NCBI GenBank assembly: GCA_053919585.1
Contig: CM132795.1
Length of the DNA stretch: 64,000 nt
Direction: 5' to 3' (one strand)
Origin: Euprymna scolopes
Taxonomy: Eukaryota
This document shows positions 1 through 12,578 of the stretch, piece after piece. Under the pieces are notes generated by a model, which was given only the letters and a program-made list of their open reading frames with translations, was not told the DNA's origin and ran no database searches. Made by a program: the position numbers and the translations under genes. Within the stretch, counting starts at the first letter, position 1. The number at the start of each line of letters is the position of its first letter.

Positions 1-90
1 ACTTTTGTAAATAACTGAATTCATTCAAAACATATCGCTAAAACCAAACCAAACAACATCTCAGTAAATCGTGATATATCCAGATAGTCG

Positions 91-205
91 TGTGAGATAG
101 ATCAGTAGTAAGGGGTTTAGGCTCATTACCGTGGGGTCCCGATTTCGAATCTCGCTAGATTCAGCCACTCTGATGAGTCGTAGACGATGAAACACATGTC
201 AGTGG
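91..205 (+). ncRNA. tRNA-like Pol III head followed by minimal type I hammerhead ribozyme (HHR family A)
   Basis: A-box-like TAGATCAGTAG (98-108) and B-box-like GATTTCGAATC (141-151). HHR: stem I CCACT(165-169)/AGTGG(201-205), CTGATGA(170-176), stem II GTCG/CGAT, GAAA(189-192), C-ACAT-G, cleavage triplet GTC(198-200). ACATGT is palindromic. Confidence 0.8.
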
Positions 206-209
206 ATAA

Positions 210-350
210 TTATATTTTAAAAATGATATATATATACTCATCCACATACAGTACTGTTTCGCTGTTTCACAGCTCATCAGTGCGGCTGCCTAAAGCCAGG
301 ATTGAAACCCGACTGCCCAAAGGCTTCTCACCATTGCATTATACAGCTGC
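210..350 (-). ncRNA. tRNA-like Pol III head followed by type I hammerhead ribozyme (HHR family B) and AT-rich tail
   Basis: Minus strand: A-box-like TAATGCAATGG and B-box-like GGTTTCAATCC, then CCGCA-CTGATGA-GCTGT gaa ACAGC-GAAA-CAGTACT-GTA-TGTGG (285..242). ACAGTACTGT is a perfect palindrome forming stem/loop III. Confidence 0.85.
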
Positions 351-489
351 TGCTCTGTGGGTAATGAATTAACGATGTTTTGACATCATCCAAATGCCTC
401 CGCTCGATTTGCTTTACACAAAGAGCGTCGTTTAATACGGTAATGACAGTTTATATATTACTTCCAAATATGCTCAACCCAAGATAAGG

Positions 490-537
490 AGCATATACAG
501 TACTGTTTCGCTGTTGCACAACTCATCAGTGCGGCTA
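490..537 (-). ncRNA. Second family B hammerhead copy (no tRNA head, weakened stem I)
   Basis: Minus strand TAGCCGCA-CTGATGA-GTTGT gca ACAGC-GAAA-CAGTACT-GTA; near-identical to 242-288. Confidence 0.75.
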
Positions 538-1059
538 GACAGGCAACTGCCTCAAGCATATGTGTATATATATATGTAGTAGAGGTTTAGAAGGCTGTCA
601 CAATGCGAGGAATGAAATATAGTCGTTGTTGGTAAGAGAAGACGAGAGCAAGTGGCGATTTACAAATCAATAAGTACATACATATATTTTATATATACAT
701 ATATTTATTCAGTTGTATTGGTAAAATGTGTTACTTGTTATGTCTGCGACAAATTCCATTAGTAATTTCGGAAAAAATTCCCTTTTCAAATGGTGGGCGT
801 AACAGATCGATTCAAAGCATGCTAGATGATGGAGCAGAAGTTGGGTAGCTACTGATATTGACAATAACCAATATGGAGAAGAAAAGGAGTTGGTTGTTAC
901 TATGATGTTGGCAACAATCACTACAATAGTAACGTCCACATTAGCAGAATCTACGATGTCACGAGCTATCATCGCTTTTCATCTAATCCAAAAATGTGAT
1001 ATCCACATCAACTAAAATAGATACACAAACAAAAATGGAAAATCCTTGATTTTAATTTT

Positions 1060-1722
1060 AACTAACAACGTGACGCGACATTGGTGATCACTGAATATTT
1101 CACATTTCCATATTTCTATAGTCATCGAAATCTGTGAAATCGTCTATTTTTCAATCAAACCGATTGATTGCTTGCTCTAGTTAGGGGCCCATCGCGATGC
1201 ACTGTGAGGAAGCTTCACATGCCTCTGCACAGTGAATTAATTCACAATACAATAAGTCTATATTGCACTGTAGAGAATCTACTGTTGATTTTATAAAATC
1301 ATTTTTATATATAATGGTTGAATTTAAGTTTAAAATGCAAAAATCAAGTATCATAGTTCAGTTGGACACTAAACACAAACATCCATTTGGAATGCGCCCC
1401 TGTCATATCAAAGAAAATACTGCTGATTTCATATGTCGGACCTTTTGGATTGTGTGGTAATAAAACTTCTCAAATGCGCTTGTGATATTAGGCTGTATAA
1501 GGGGTTAACTTTGGTCAAAATAGCCTGTTCCTTCTTTTATCAGATTTTTTCGATTATCGATTATTGATACTTATCGAAGACATTCCGATGCAAACCAATC
1601 TAAGAACACTGACAGATACATAAAGTACATCTGTATGAGATTTTATAAAAGTCGGCCCAGTTGTTTCGGATTCCATATTGAACGAACTCACAGACGCACA
1701 CAAAGTTCCTTTTATATAATAT
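1060..1722 (-). mobile_element. Non-autonomous Helitron-like element, family 1, copy 1
   Basis: Reverse complement is homologous to 10335-10874, 29148-29813 and 47120-47721. The family starts with TATATAAAAGGAACT.. and the 10335 copy ends in a short hairpin plus CTAG. Confidence 0.65.
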
Positions 1723-1936
1723 ATAGATAGATAGATAGATGGATGAATGGATGGATAGATAGATAGATAACGAATACGAAGAAGCAAATGCTCTTCTAAA
1801 GCTTCTTACAAAAGAGTATGATATTGGCTATTACTATAATGTTGGAAATGATTAGTAACGTCTATATTCGCAGAGTACACCATATCAGCAGCAATCATCT
1901 GATGCCACAAAAGTGATATCCACATCAACTAAAATA

Positions 1937-2001
<65 letters not shown>

Positions 2002-2426
2002 AAAAAATTCTTCATGTTATTTCTAATGTGATATAAACACTTACATTCAAAATCAATTTTACAACAACGGAAGTGTTACTAATGACAAACACAGATGAAG
2101 TATTTGTGTAATTTAAATAATTGAACAAAATAAAAAAGTACTGATTTGTTTAATGAACGATCAAAATATAAGTAATTAAACACACGTGCGTGAAAAGCTA
2201 TCTGGTGTTGCCCGGAGTTATAAAATGCTCAGTAAAACAAGGTAAATACATGCAGTAGTTTCTGGTAGGGCCCCTCGATGCCATACTAGTGGGTAATTGT
2301 TACGGCTTTACCTTATCATGTGCTACAAAAAAAAAAAAAATCCTTTCTTTTTCTCTCTTATTTTCCCTCTCTGTCCTGCTCTAACCAAGTCTGTCGACCT
2401 GTTCCATAAATCCCAAAAACCTCAAC

Positions 2427-4242
2427 ATGAAATATCTCCAGAAAAAAAATGCGAATAAACCTAGAACCTCATCCTCCAACGTAGACCCCTACTACCTTAT
2501 GGCCTTCTCCAACATCAGGGGTCTATATTCCAACTTTCCAGTGGTTGAAACCCAATTACAGGTAATGAAACTGGACATATTGTTCTTAAGCAAAACTGAC
2601 ATAGGGCTGACCACTTCCCTAGACAAGTTCATAATTAAAGGATATTCTAACTTAACATCTAAATCTGACCCCCAAAATCGTCATGGGCATGGAATACGTG
2701 CATACATAAAGGATGGCTTTCCATGTAGTAGGAATATCTCCAAAGAAGATCCTAAATTACCTTATATATGATTCTGGGTTGCACTTGCTCATACCACTGC
2801 ATTTATATTTACCCTCTGTCGCCCCCACAACAGTGGAGTTACTATCTTTAAGAATATATCTGAGAAAATTGACCACATCCTGTCTGCTCATCCTTCGGAT
2901 AATATCCACATTTGTGGTGACTCCAATGTCCACAATGTGGAATGGTTGACCCACTCGAACAAGATAGATGATGAGGGAAATTCTGTCATGACTTCGCCAT
3001 TGCCTATGACTTCATCCAGATTGTTCACGAACCCACCCGTGTGCCCAATACTTCCGGTCAGTATGCAAGCCTTCTAGATCTTTTTCTCACAACTTCCCCT
3101 GAGCTATGTTCATGTTCCATTCTATCTCCTCTGGGATCCTCCGATCACTCTGTTGTAACAGTTAAGATAAAAATGAAATGTAATAAGTCTTCAGACGTAC
3201 CTCTCCACTGTACAGTATATCGATACTCTACGGATGACTGGGATAGCTTCCGTACATTTATATCTGATCTACCTCTGCATTCCATGTTTAAAAAGGATGT
3301 GTCCTCTATAGTGTCAGACCTGATCGAATGGTTAATTGTAGGCATAGACCGATTCATACCATCCAAAAAATTCCAACAAAAACCTAACAGCCAGCTATAG
3401 TTCTCCCCTGAATGTGCTGCTGCCATCGCGCACAGAAATCACTTTTTCCATAGCTACCAACGTAATAGATGCTTGGAGACTAAAGCTGCTTTCAGGACTG
3501 CGAGCAACCACTGTAGAAGAGTAATAAAAAATGCAAGGGATCTATATGCTCAGTCTGTTAAATCCAAAGTAGCTGAGCAGCGGCTTGGTTCTCACCAGTT
3601 TTGGCAAATAGCAAACAGGATCGTGAACAGAAGCGTGCGTTCTATCCCAACTATCATCAAAGGACCTGAGGTCATCTCGTCAGCATCAAACAAGGCAAAC
3701 TATTTGCCAATAACATGCAACTAATTCTACCCTATGCGACGAAGGTCATCAATTCCCCATATTTCCTCCTATAACACACAACACGCTAGGTAACATACAA
3801 ATATCTGTGCATGAGATCGCCAAGCCAATCAAGAACCTTGATTCCAGTAAAGCAACTGGCCCTGACGGCATTCCAATTATAGTGTTGAAAAAGCTTCAAC
3901 CAGAACTTGCCCCCATACTTACAAAACTGTTTAAGCGTTGCCTTAAAGAGAAGAGCTTCCCCATACACTGGAAACCCCTGCGACTGGGGACCGCTTGTGA
4001 ATTTCATACTCCCATGAAACTTCCTCCTTCGGAGGGAGCTGGTTAAACCCTGAATAGGTTTGGTCCTGACTGCACACACACACACGCACACACACACACA
4101 CCCTGGAAAACCTTGTCAGTATGACCTGCATTAAAGAATTCAGGTGATAAGTCATTTCTCTTTCAGTACAGACAAATAAGTCTCCTGTGTGTCATGAGTA
4201 AGTTGCTAGAATCCATATTAAATAGAGAAGTAGTCAACCACC
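2427..4242 (+). pseudogene. 5' part of a CR1/L2-group LINE ORF (APE endonuclease, linker, start of RT), frameshifted
   Basis: AFSNIRGL..DILFLSKT (APE motifs), LLDLFLT..LGSSDH, KATGPDGIPIIVLK; continues after the 3981-4101 insert to ..NREVVNHL. Confidence 0.9.
3981..4101 (+). mobile_element. Short structured retroposon (SINE or LINE 3' end) with (CA)n tail inserted into the LINE
   Basis: Interrupts the LINE frame. Flanked by an imperfect duplication CACTGGAAACCCCT / CCCTGGAAAACCTT; several hairpins and a (CA)n tail. Confidence 0.65.
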
Positions 4243-4419
4243 TTTTTTTTTTTTTTTTTTTTACAAGGGTGTCACCACTTATCAAGGCCCAGAGGCCACT
4301 CGAGGATAAGGGTTAATAGGTATACATTAGTCATTGTGAATTTAGCATAGTAAACAGTGGGAATTTTGAAACTTGGGTTACTTAGGGGGACGATTCAATT
4401 AGAACTTGTTCACATTGGA
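4243..4419 (-). mobile_element. Very short 3' LINE fragment with poly(A), nested antisense
   Basis: Poly(T) at 4243-4262 followed by the family 3' stem-loop (CTTATCAAGGCC..GGCCACTCGAGGATAAG). Confidence 0.85.
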
Positions 4420-5352
4420 CTTTTTCTTTTTTTTTCATAGGTATCAACTCATTATCAAGGCCAAGAGGCCACTCAAGGATAAGGGTTAAAGAGTGTACAG
4501 TAGAAATTGGACAATATAATAATCATTAGTAATGAAAATTTGTTAAATTTGATAACTTATATGGAACGGCTCATCAAGAACTTATTTACGTTAGACTTGA
4601 AGACAACCATATTGTAGTCAGCCGGAAAGCAGGAAAACGGAAGTCAATTCCACAGGCGTGCAGTTCTAATAAAAAAGCTTTGCTCATGGAATCTACGTTT
4701 AGGTTTAGGCACAGATAAAGAGTGGGGGGAATTATTGATAGTGTTTACAGCTAGACGAGTGTTTCTTGTGAAAGTTTTGCGAGGGGGGACCATAGATTGA
4801 AGCTCAGTCGAACACTTTCCATGAAAATAACGATACATCAGAGACAAACTCGCAACATCTCTTCTGTGAGATAGAGGTTGCAAGGAAGAGAAAAGAACAT
4901 CTCCTACGAGGCTACGGAGTCTATTTTGAACTCTATCAAGGCAGGACAAGTCCTTTCTAGCAGCTCCTGCCCAGATGTGGCAACAGTATTCCATCCTTGG
5001 ACGTACCTGGTTCTTATATAGATAGAGAATTGCATCAGCAGTGAGATATCTACTGGATCGATAGAAAGATCCCACCATTTTTCCAGCGGCCTTGGCAACA
5101 GATTTGATGTACGTGTTCCATTTAAGATCAGGAGTAATGGTCAAGCCCAAAAGCTTGTCAAAACTTGAGGCCTCCTGAAGACGAGAGCCATTCATTTCAA
5201 TTGATGCCAGATGGGGATCAGAATGTTGATGATGTAAAGAGAGAAGCTTGGTTTTAGATGCATTAAAAGTAACCAGCCACTCCTTTCCCCATTGTACTAC
5301 GTGCTCAAGATCAGAGGAGAGAGAATTGGAGAGAACTTGGTCGTTTACCTCA
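4420..5352 (-). mobile_element. 5'-truncated LINE copy (RT C-terminus plus 3' UTR), nested antisense
   Basis: ORF 4644-5381: WLVTFNASKT, RPRMEYCCHIW, LQPLSHRRDVASL, FFIRTARLWN; poly(T) at about 4420-4435. Confidence 0.92.
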
Positions 5353-6650
5353 GCAGAAATAAACTTCTTAGTGACATGCAATATGGCTTCCGTTCTTCCA
5401 GATGTGCTAACGGTTATATCTCATAGGATTAGTGAATCTCTTGACAAAGGCTTCCTTTCTAGGGCAATTGCTCTTGACATATCAAAGGCCTTTGATAAGG
5501 TATGGCATAAGGGCCTACTTCACAAGATTTCCAGCTACGGTATAACTGGAAATGTTTTCTCAATCATTAAATCATTTCTGTCTGATAGGCTCATAAGAGT
5601 AATGGTTGATGGGCAGAAATCAGAGGCCATCAGTATTAATGCTGGAGTCCCTCAGGGGTCGATGCTGGGCCCAACTCTTTTCCTGATCTACATCAATGAT
5701 CTCCCAAAACACATACTTAAATCATTCGTTGACATTTATGCTGATGACACGACCATCTATGGCAACACACCTAAGGCTGTAAATGACAAAGTTCTCTTTG
5801 ATTCTCTCTCCTCTGATCTTGAGTGCATGGTACAGTTGGGGAAGAGATGGCTGGTTACTTTTAATGCATCTAAAACCAAGCTCCTAGCTGTAGATCATCA
5901 ACGCTCTGATCCCCATCTGGCATCCATTGAAATGGATGGCTTTCGTCTTGGGGAGGCTCCATGTTTTGATAAGCTTCAGGGATTGACCTATTCTCCTGCC
6001 TGAAATAGAACACGTACATCAAGTCTGTGGCCAAGGTCACTGGAAAAATGGTGGGATCCTTCTATCGCTCCAGATGATATCTCACTCTGCTGATGGAATT
6101 CTCTATCTATATAAAAGCCAAATACGTCCAAGGATGGAGTACTGTTGCCACATCTGGGTAGGAGCTGCTAAAAACAGACTATCCTGCCTTGACAGAGTAC
6201 AAAATAGACTTCGTGACTTAGTGGGGTATGCCCTTATCTCTTGTGAGCCTGTCTTTGTTTTATCGTTACTTCCATGGCAAGTGCTCGTCTGAGCTCTAAT
6301 CTCTGTTTCTCCCTCGCCAATCTTTCACGATAAACACCCGTCTAGCTGAAACCACTGTCAAAAATTTTCCCCACTCTTTAACTGTGCTAAAACCAAAACG
6401 TACATTCCATGAACAAAACTTCTTTCTTAGAAGTGCTGTCTGCCTGTTTCCCACCTGACTACAACTTGGATGTCCAACATAAACAAATTCCTGATGAACC
6501 ACCCCATTCAGTAAGACACTTTATCAAATCTCCAATACTAACGATTACTACGATACTATCCCATTGATTACTGTATACGCAATAAACCTTATCCCTGAGT
6601 GGCTTCCGGGCCTTTATAAGTGGTGATTTCCATTTAAAAAAAAAATAAAA
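5347..6650 (+). pseudogene. 3' part of the same LINE as 2427-4242 (RT core, C-terminus, 3' UTR, poly(A))
   Basis: LSRNKLLSDMQYGFR, ALDISKAFDKVWH, GVPQGSMLGPTLFLIYIND, YADD; 3' stem-loop and A-tail at about 6585-6650. Confidence 0.92.
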
Positions 6651-7009
6651 ATAGTATGTGTAATATTTAAATCCAACATTCAGCCCCCTCCCCCACTCAT
6701 AATTTAAAGAGAAATTATGTAATTTACGGAAGATTTTAAAGAATGACTCGGTAGTTTTTCGAGATTACTACATTTACACATTGTTTTCTTTTGATAATTT
6801 CTACATAATTACATTAAACATCTAAAGAAAAAACAGTCCGCTTCCAACAAGAGTTTGCGCAGGTGACCCTAAATTAGGTTAACAAGAAAGTTCTTGCGGA
6901 ATTTTTAATTTGGATTTCAAATGATGTATTTTCAAATACGTTTTCGTTATAATACCTTTGCTTTGTATAACATTTTAAATAGTATTTTTCGCTCTATTTA
7001 ATCGTTTTG

Positions 7010-7971
7010 TTTTTGCTTTTTTCTTTTACACAGGGATCACAACTTATCAAGGCCCGGAGGCCACTCGAGAATAAGGATTATAGGGGGAAGGTTCATCAAG
7101 GACTTGTTTATGTTGGACTTTAAGACAATCAGGTTGTAATCAGCTAGAAGGCAGGCAAACGGAAGAGAGTTCTATAGGCATGAAGTTCTAAGAAAGAAGC
7201 TTTGTTCATGGAATCTACGTTTTGATTTCGGCACAGATAAAGAGTGGGGGAAATTATTTACAGTGGTTTTAGCTAGTCGGGTGTTTTTCATGAAAGATTG
7301 GCGAGGGGGGACCAGAGAATGGAGCTCAGACGAACACTTGCCATGGAAATAACGATAAAACAAAGACAGGCTCGCAACATCTCTTCTGTGGGAGAGAGAT
7401 TGCAGGGAAAGAAAAGGGCATCCCCCACCAAGCCACGAAGTCTATTTTATACTCTGTCAAGGCAGCATAGGCTGTTTTTAGCAGCTCCTGCCAAGATGTG
7501 GCAGCAGTACTCCATCCTTGGACGTACTTGGCTTTTATATAGGTAGAGAATTGCATCATTAGTGAGATATCTTCTGGAGTAGTAAAAGAATCCCACCATT
7601 TAGGTTTAGGCGCAACTAAAGAGTGTGGGAAATTATTGATAGTGGTTTGGCTAGACGAGTGTTTTTACATAAAAGTTTGGCGAGGGGGAACCATAGATTG
7701 ATGCTCAGCTGAGCATTTGCCATAAAAGTATCAATAAAGCAGAGACAGGCTCGCAACGTCTCTGCTGTGGGAAAGAGGTTGCAGGGAAGAGAAAAGGGCA
7801 TCCCCCACTAAGCTATGAAATCTATTTTGAACTTTGAATAAGTTGCTTCTAGCAGATCCTGCCCAGATGTTGCAACAGTACCCCATCGTTAGCCGTACCT
7901 GGCTTTTATATAGGTAGAGAATTGCATCTGGAATGAGATATCTGCTTGAGTGGTAGAAGCATTCCACCATT
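7010..7971 (-). mobile_element. Two abutting fragments of the CR1/L2-group LINE family (about 7010-7600 with tail; about 7600-7971)
   Basis: Repeated RT C-terminal motifs (YCCHI/YCCNIW, LQPLSH.RDVASL) and one 3' stem-loop with T-rich tail. Confidence 0.88.
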
Positions 7972-8788
7972 TAATAATTTTAAAACAATTATGTCTTCTT
8001 TTTGGAACATTGAATGCAAGATGGAACAAAAAAAAAAATTAACACAATTTTTTATTTCAATTCAAGCTAGGCCGAAAAGCTACTGTAACAGCTCGTGATA
8101 TCAACGAAGCATTTGGCCCAGAAATCACTACTGAACGTAGACCACAATGGTGGTCTATATGGATGCTTTATGACAACCAGAAGCACTCAGCTCAGTGGTT
8201 AGACACTCACGAACTCTACTATACTTCCCAAAACCAGAGTTGCACCAAAAAAAGGTCATGTTGACTGCTTAGTGGTCTGCGACCGGTATCATTTATTACG
8301 GTGTTTTGAATGCAGGCGAAACTATTATGGCAGAAATGTACTGTCAATAAATAAGTGAAATGCATCAGAAACTTCAACAGCATCCAGCATTAGTCAACAG
8401 AAAAGGCTCAATTCTCCTCCCCAACAATGCCCGACCACACATTGCTAAACCGATCCTGCAAAAGTTGAATGGCTAAAAGACTTTGCCTCATCCATCATAC
8501 TCTCCAAACCTCTCACTTACCGGCTACTACTTTTTCAAGCACTTTGAAAACTTTCTACATGAGAAATGCTTCAAAACCCTAAGTGGTATTAAAAGCGCTT
8601 TCAGCGACTTTATTGGTATCAGAACGCAAGATTTTTATGTTACTGGCATAAGTGCACTTGTTTTTCATTGGCAAAAATGTGCTGATTCTGATGGTGCTAA
8701 TTTCGATCAATAAATTTTTGTTTAAGCCGAGATATGTTCATCTGAATTTAAAAGTTCAAAACAGCAAGAACTTTCTTGTCAACTTGAT
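7972..8788 (+). mobile_element. Internally deleted mariner transposon, cecropia/Hsmar1-like
   Basis: FKLGRKATVTARDINEAFGP..WW, WMLYDN, PKPELHQKKVM, NARPH, HPSYSPNLS..YYFF, WQKC..DGANFD; 3' TIR-like AAAACAGCAAGAACTTTCTTGTCAACTTGA followed by TA. Confidence 0.88.
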
Positions 8789-10334
8789 ATAATAAATATA
8801 TATTCCTTTTTATTTTGAATATTATACATTCGGGGAAAAACTTTAAGACAGTATGAACTTTGTGGTAGTTTGTTTTGTACTTTATTAGTTTCATTTAGTT
8901 TATCTTTTTGTATTTTTTATTTTTAGCAGCTATACAAACATACGCCCAGACATCTGCACTTGATATATAAGATTAATTTATGCATTACTACATACCTGTA
9001 CCTGAAATGATATCACATTGTTGGTGCAAAAATCCAGTCTTGAAACACCTCTGTTCCAAGTCGATTTTTATGTTAGTCCTCACCGCTCCTTCGTGTGTAG
9101 AGTACTTTCATTAAATTATATCTCCCCTACTAATTTTGCATACTTCAAAACTATTTGTAAATAAACAAAAGGAACACTCAATGTTTATATAAAGACATTG
9201 GAGATACGATTTATTAGTTGCAATCTCATGGTTGAAGGGAGGAACTGCTGACTATCAATGACAGTTGTAAGTTCGATTCATGGCTTAGAATAGGTGCTTA
9301 AAACCTATGAAACAATNNNNNNNNNNNNNNNNNNNNNNNNNNNNNNNNNNNNNNNNNNNNNNNNNNNNNNNNNNNNNNNNNNNNNNNNNNNNNNNNNNNN
9401 NNNNNNNNNNNNNNNNNNNNNNNNNNNNNNNNNNNNNNNNNNNNNNNNNNNNNNNNNNNNNNNNNNNNNNNNNNNNNNNTCCTTTTGAAGGAGCTGAGGC
9501 TTCTACATTAATAATCTTTATACCTAACATGTTCTGTACTTGTAGGGAAGTGCGTGCGTGTTATACAGGTGCTGTGTGATTTTCAAAATGTTAGAATATA
9601 TCAACCAGGTTTGACCGACAGGTGTTCATAAAATTTGATCATGTCAAAATCATCCGAGACTCTAGGTGTTTAAAAGGTCAGCCTTGCATGCGGGTAGCTG
9701 ACATTTGAAAAACAAACCATATGTGTTAAAACGTATATTTCTCTCTCTCTCTCCCTCTCTTTCTCTCTCTCTCTGACCCTTTCTCTCTCTCTCTTTCTCT
9801 CTCTTTCACTCCCTTTCCATCTTTTCCAATGAAGACAGAGAGAAGAATTGAATTATAATTGTATTTTTTAACCAGTTGAAACTTGCATCATGTGCACGAC
9901 AGACACACATAGCAGTTTGGCTGCACGCGTTGGATCCCAATAGATCTTTATTTAGATATGCTCCTTCAGTATTAAATGTAAAATAAATTATATATTTTTA
10001 CAAAAATACATTTGTTCGCTATTTTTATACAAGCGTAAAATTTCAGCATGTGGTCTCTGTCATTGAAACACTGCCTGTAGCGACGCAAAGAAAACTCAAG
10101 AGGAAACAGATGCCAGCCGGCCCATTGATGTTGCCATGTGCCTATCGTTTGATATCGTCTCTAACACCCAAATAATTGGTTCTTCAACAAGTAACTCTCC
10201 TCCNNNNNNNNNNNNNNNNNNNNNNNNNNNNNNNNNNNNNNNNNNNNNNNNNNNNNNNNNNNNNNNNNNNNNNNNNNNNNNNNNNNNNNNNNNNNNNNNN
10301 NNNNNNNNNNNNNNNNNNNNNNNNNNNNNNNNNN

Positions 10335-10874
10335 TGTTAGGTTTTGTATCAGAATGTTTCGATAAGTATCGAAAATCGATAATCAAAAAAAAATCCCACT
10401 AAAAAAGGAACAGTCCGATTTTGCCCAAATTTAACACTTTTATACAGCTTAATATCAAAGATGCATTTAAGAAGTTTTATCATCGAATAAGCAGAAGAGC
10501 CCACATAAAAACATCAACAGTAGGTTCTTTGATACGACAGAGTCGCGTTCGCTATGAATGTTTCTATCGAGAACGTAATTGAACCATGATACTTGACTTT
10601 TGCATTTTAAACTTTAATTATATAAAATAATTTAATAAAATCAACAGCAGGTTCTCTACAGTGTAATGTAGACTACAATATATTGTGGACAACATCACTG
10701 TGGAAAGGCATGTGAAGCTTCCTTCCGGTGCATTGTGATGTGTCCCCAACTAGAGCACGTAATCAATTTCATTGAAAAACGTGTAATTTTACGGATTTCG
10801 TGTACAATAAAATTATTGGAAGTGTGGAACATTCGATGCACTTAATCCCGAGCAACGTCTTGTTTCCTTGCTAG
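10335..10874 (+). mobile_element. Non-autonomous Helitron-like element, family 1, copy 2 (5' end in gap)
   Basis: Homologous to the other three copies; ends CCCGAGCAACGTCTTG..CTAG|T. Confidence 0.7.
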
Positions 10875-10939
10875 TAGTTATAAAATTTCTTCAATAGTTA
10901 TACTGATAAAAATATATGTCAATCCTATATCTCATCAGG

Positions 10940-11016
<77 letters not shown>

Positions 11017-11329
11017 CATAATTGTCATCTATCTAATTTAAATTATATAACAATTTCTTCAGTTTTCGGAAATAAATGGATACATTCTTTTTAAGTTAAT
11101 AAAACAAAAACTTAATCAGATTAAATCAATTTCACAAGTTTATAAATATATTTTAAAAAATGATAAACTAAAAAGAAATCGTTAAGTTCATTTGTCTATT
11201 CTATTAAGAAGACTTTTGGAGTGCATAAAGATATTTGAAATATGTCTAAAAAACATAATTTTTTATTACCGTTGGAATTCTACAATTTTTAATAAATAAA
11301 AATAATTATTTCGTGTTAAAATATTTCTG

Positions 11330-11920
11330 TTAGTGAGATGATTCCCACTTGCTTGAAATAGTAAACTTAGCGAGCTGGTGTGAAATACCAATTTCAAATA
11401 AAAAACAGTGACTCGACAACCAAAAGTTCAGAAAATCAGACAGATTCTTCTGGTTAACACACTTCTGTGTTCCGATTCTGTAAAGTTGGCAACAATAACC
11501 AACACTCAACAAAGGCCACGGTTCCACTCAAAGTAATACGACGTATCATCCACTATGTACTGCTGACCTATCTAAAATTACAGTCCAACCAAATCACCAC
11601 ACACAAGAACTTGAATACCTAGTGGAGAGAACTTGAATGCTTACTAAATGCTATCCTCGAGTATCTAAGATCTCTCTGTGCAAGGGTTTGTCAGGATACA
11701 TTTTTTTCTACAAGTAAACCTTGACTAAATATTCAAAATCATAGTATTCACTGCTCCAATAAGATCTCCTCGGTATGACTAACCCATACTAGATGTTATG
11801 AGCAATGGTGCCTTCTTTAAGTGATGTTATCTCAAATAACAGCACGAAACTGGATACTCTACCAGACAAAAGGAATTCTTGTCTTGGAATCCAGTAAGAC
11901 CAAGAGACCACAAGAAAAGT
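11330..11920 (+). mobile_element. Highly decayed RTE-like LINE 3' relic
   Basis: Shares GAAACTGGATAC..CAGTAAGACC.AGAGACCACAAGAA with 49821-49892; only weak RTE C-terminal resemblance. Confidence 0.35.
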
Positions 11921-12578
11921 ACACTATAATTTATTTAAATGGCCAATTGAGAAGAGAAAAATTATGTTCTCAACTTCTTTACTAACTCAACGTTTGAGAG
12001 GTACAGGGGACCATTAATGGAATATTCGAACATATGTATCTCAAATAGAGATCAAGTGTTAGCCCCAGGAAGGGGTCCTTTGATTTCTGAGAACTTAAAC
12101 AGAAGTAAAATGTGTGATCCAACCTCCTATAGTAGTTGAATTTTACATTAATAACGGTTATAATAGAGCTAAGAGCGTTTAGTGTGTGAACAATCCCGGA
12201 AAATTCTCGACTGCCTTGCTGACTCCATTTGTTTGGTTGATGACGCAACCCAAATCAAGGAAAATAGCTTCAGTTAGAGGATTTGGGATTGATAATAATA
12301 TCTTGATAGTAACATTGTTTTGCTAAGAAAACAGTGTGTTAGTATATGTTATATTTTGTTTCATTAAAGTATCTTATTATAATTGATGCTGTTGAAGAAG
12401 GAGAAGAGAGATGTTGTTGTAAGAGACTTAGAGAGATTCCTATATTTTAAATGTTCATTCCTTAGACTAATAGATGTGTTGCTATGTGAAGCTCTTGGAG
12501 TGAGGAGATAGTGTTCACTGTTCAGACATTGTGTAGACATGATGTAGATTCTATTTGTGGATATGAGAAGTCGAGATG

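Noticed and set aside
4420-6650. Twin-priming inversion of one LINE
   Set aside because: Both orientations have their own tail and overlap in sequence; nested insertion explains it better.
10040-10203. Coding-like sequence next to a gap
   Set aside because: Open in several frames on both strands, no recognisable motif, and truncated by Ns.
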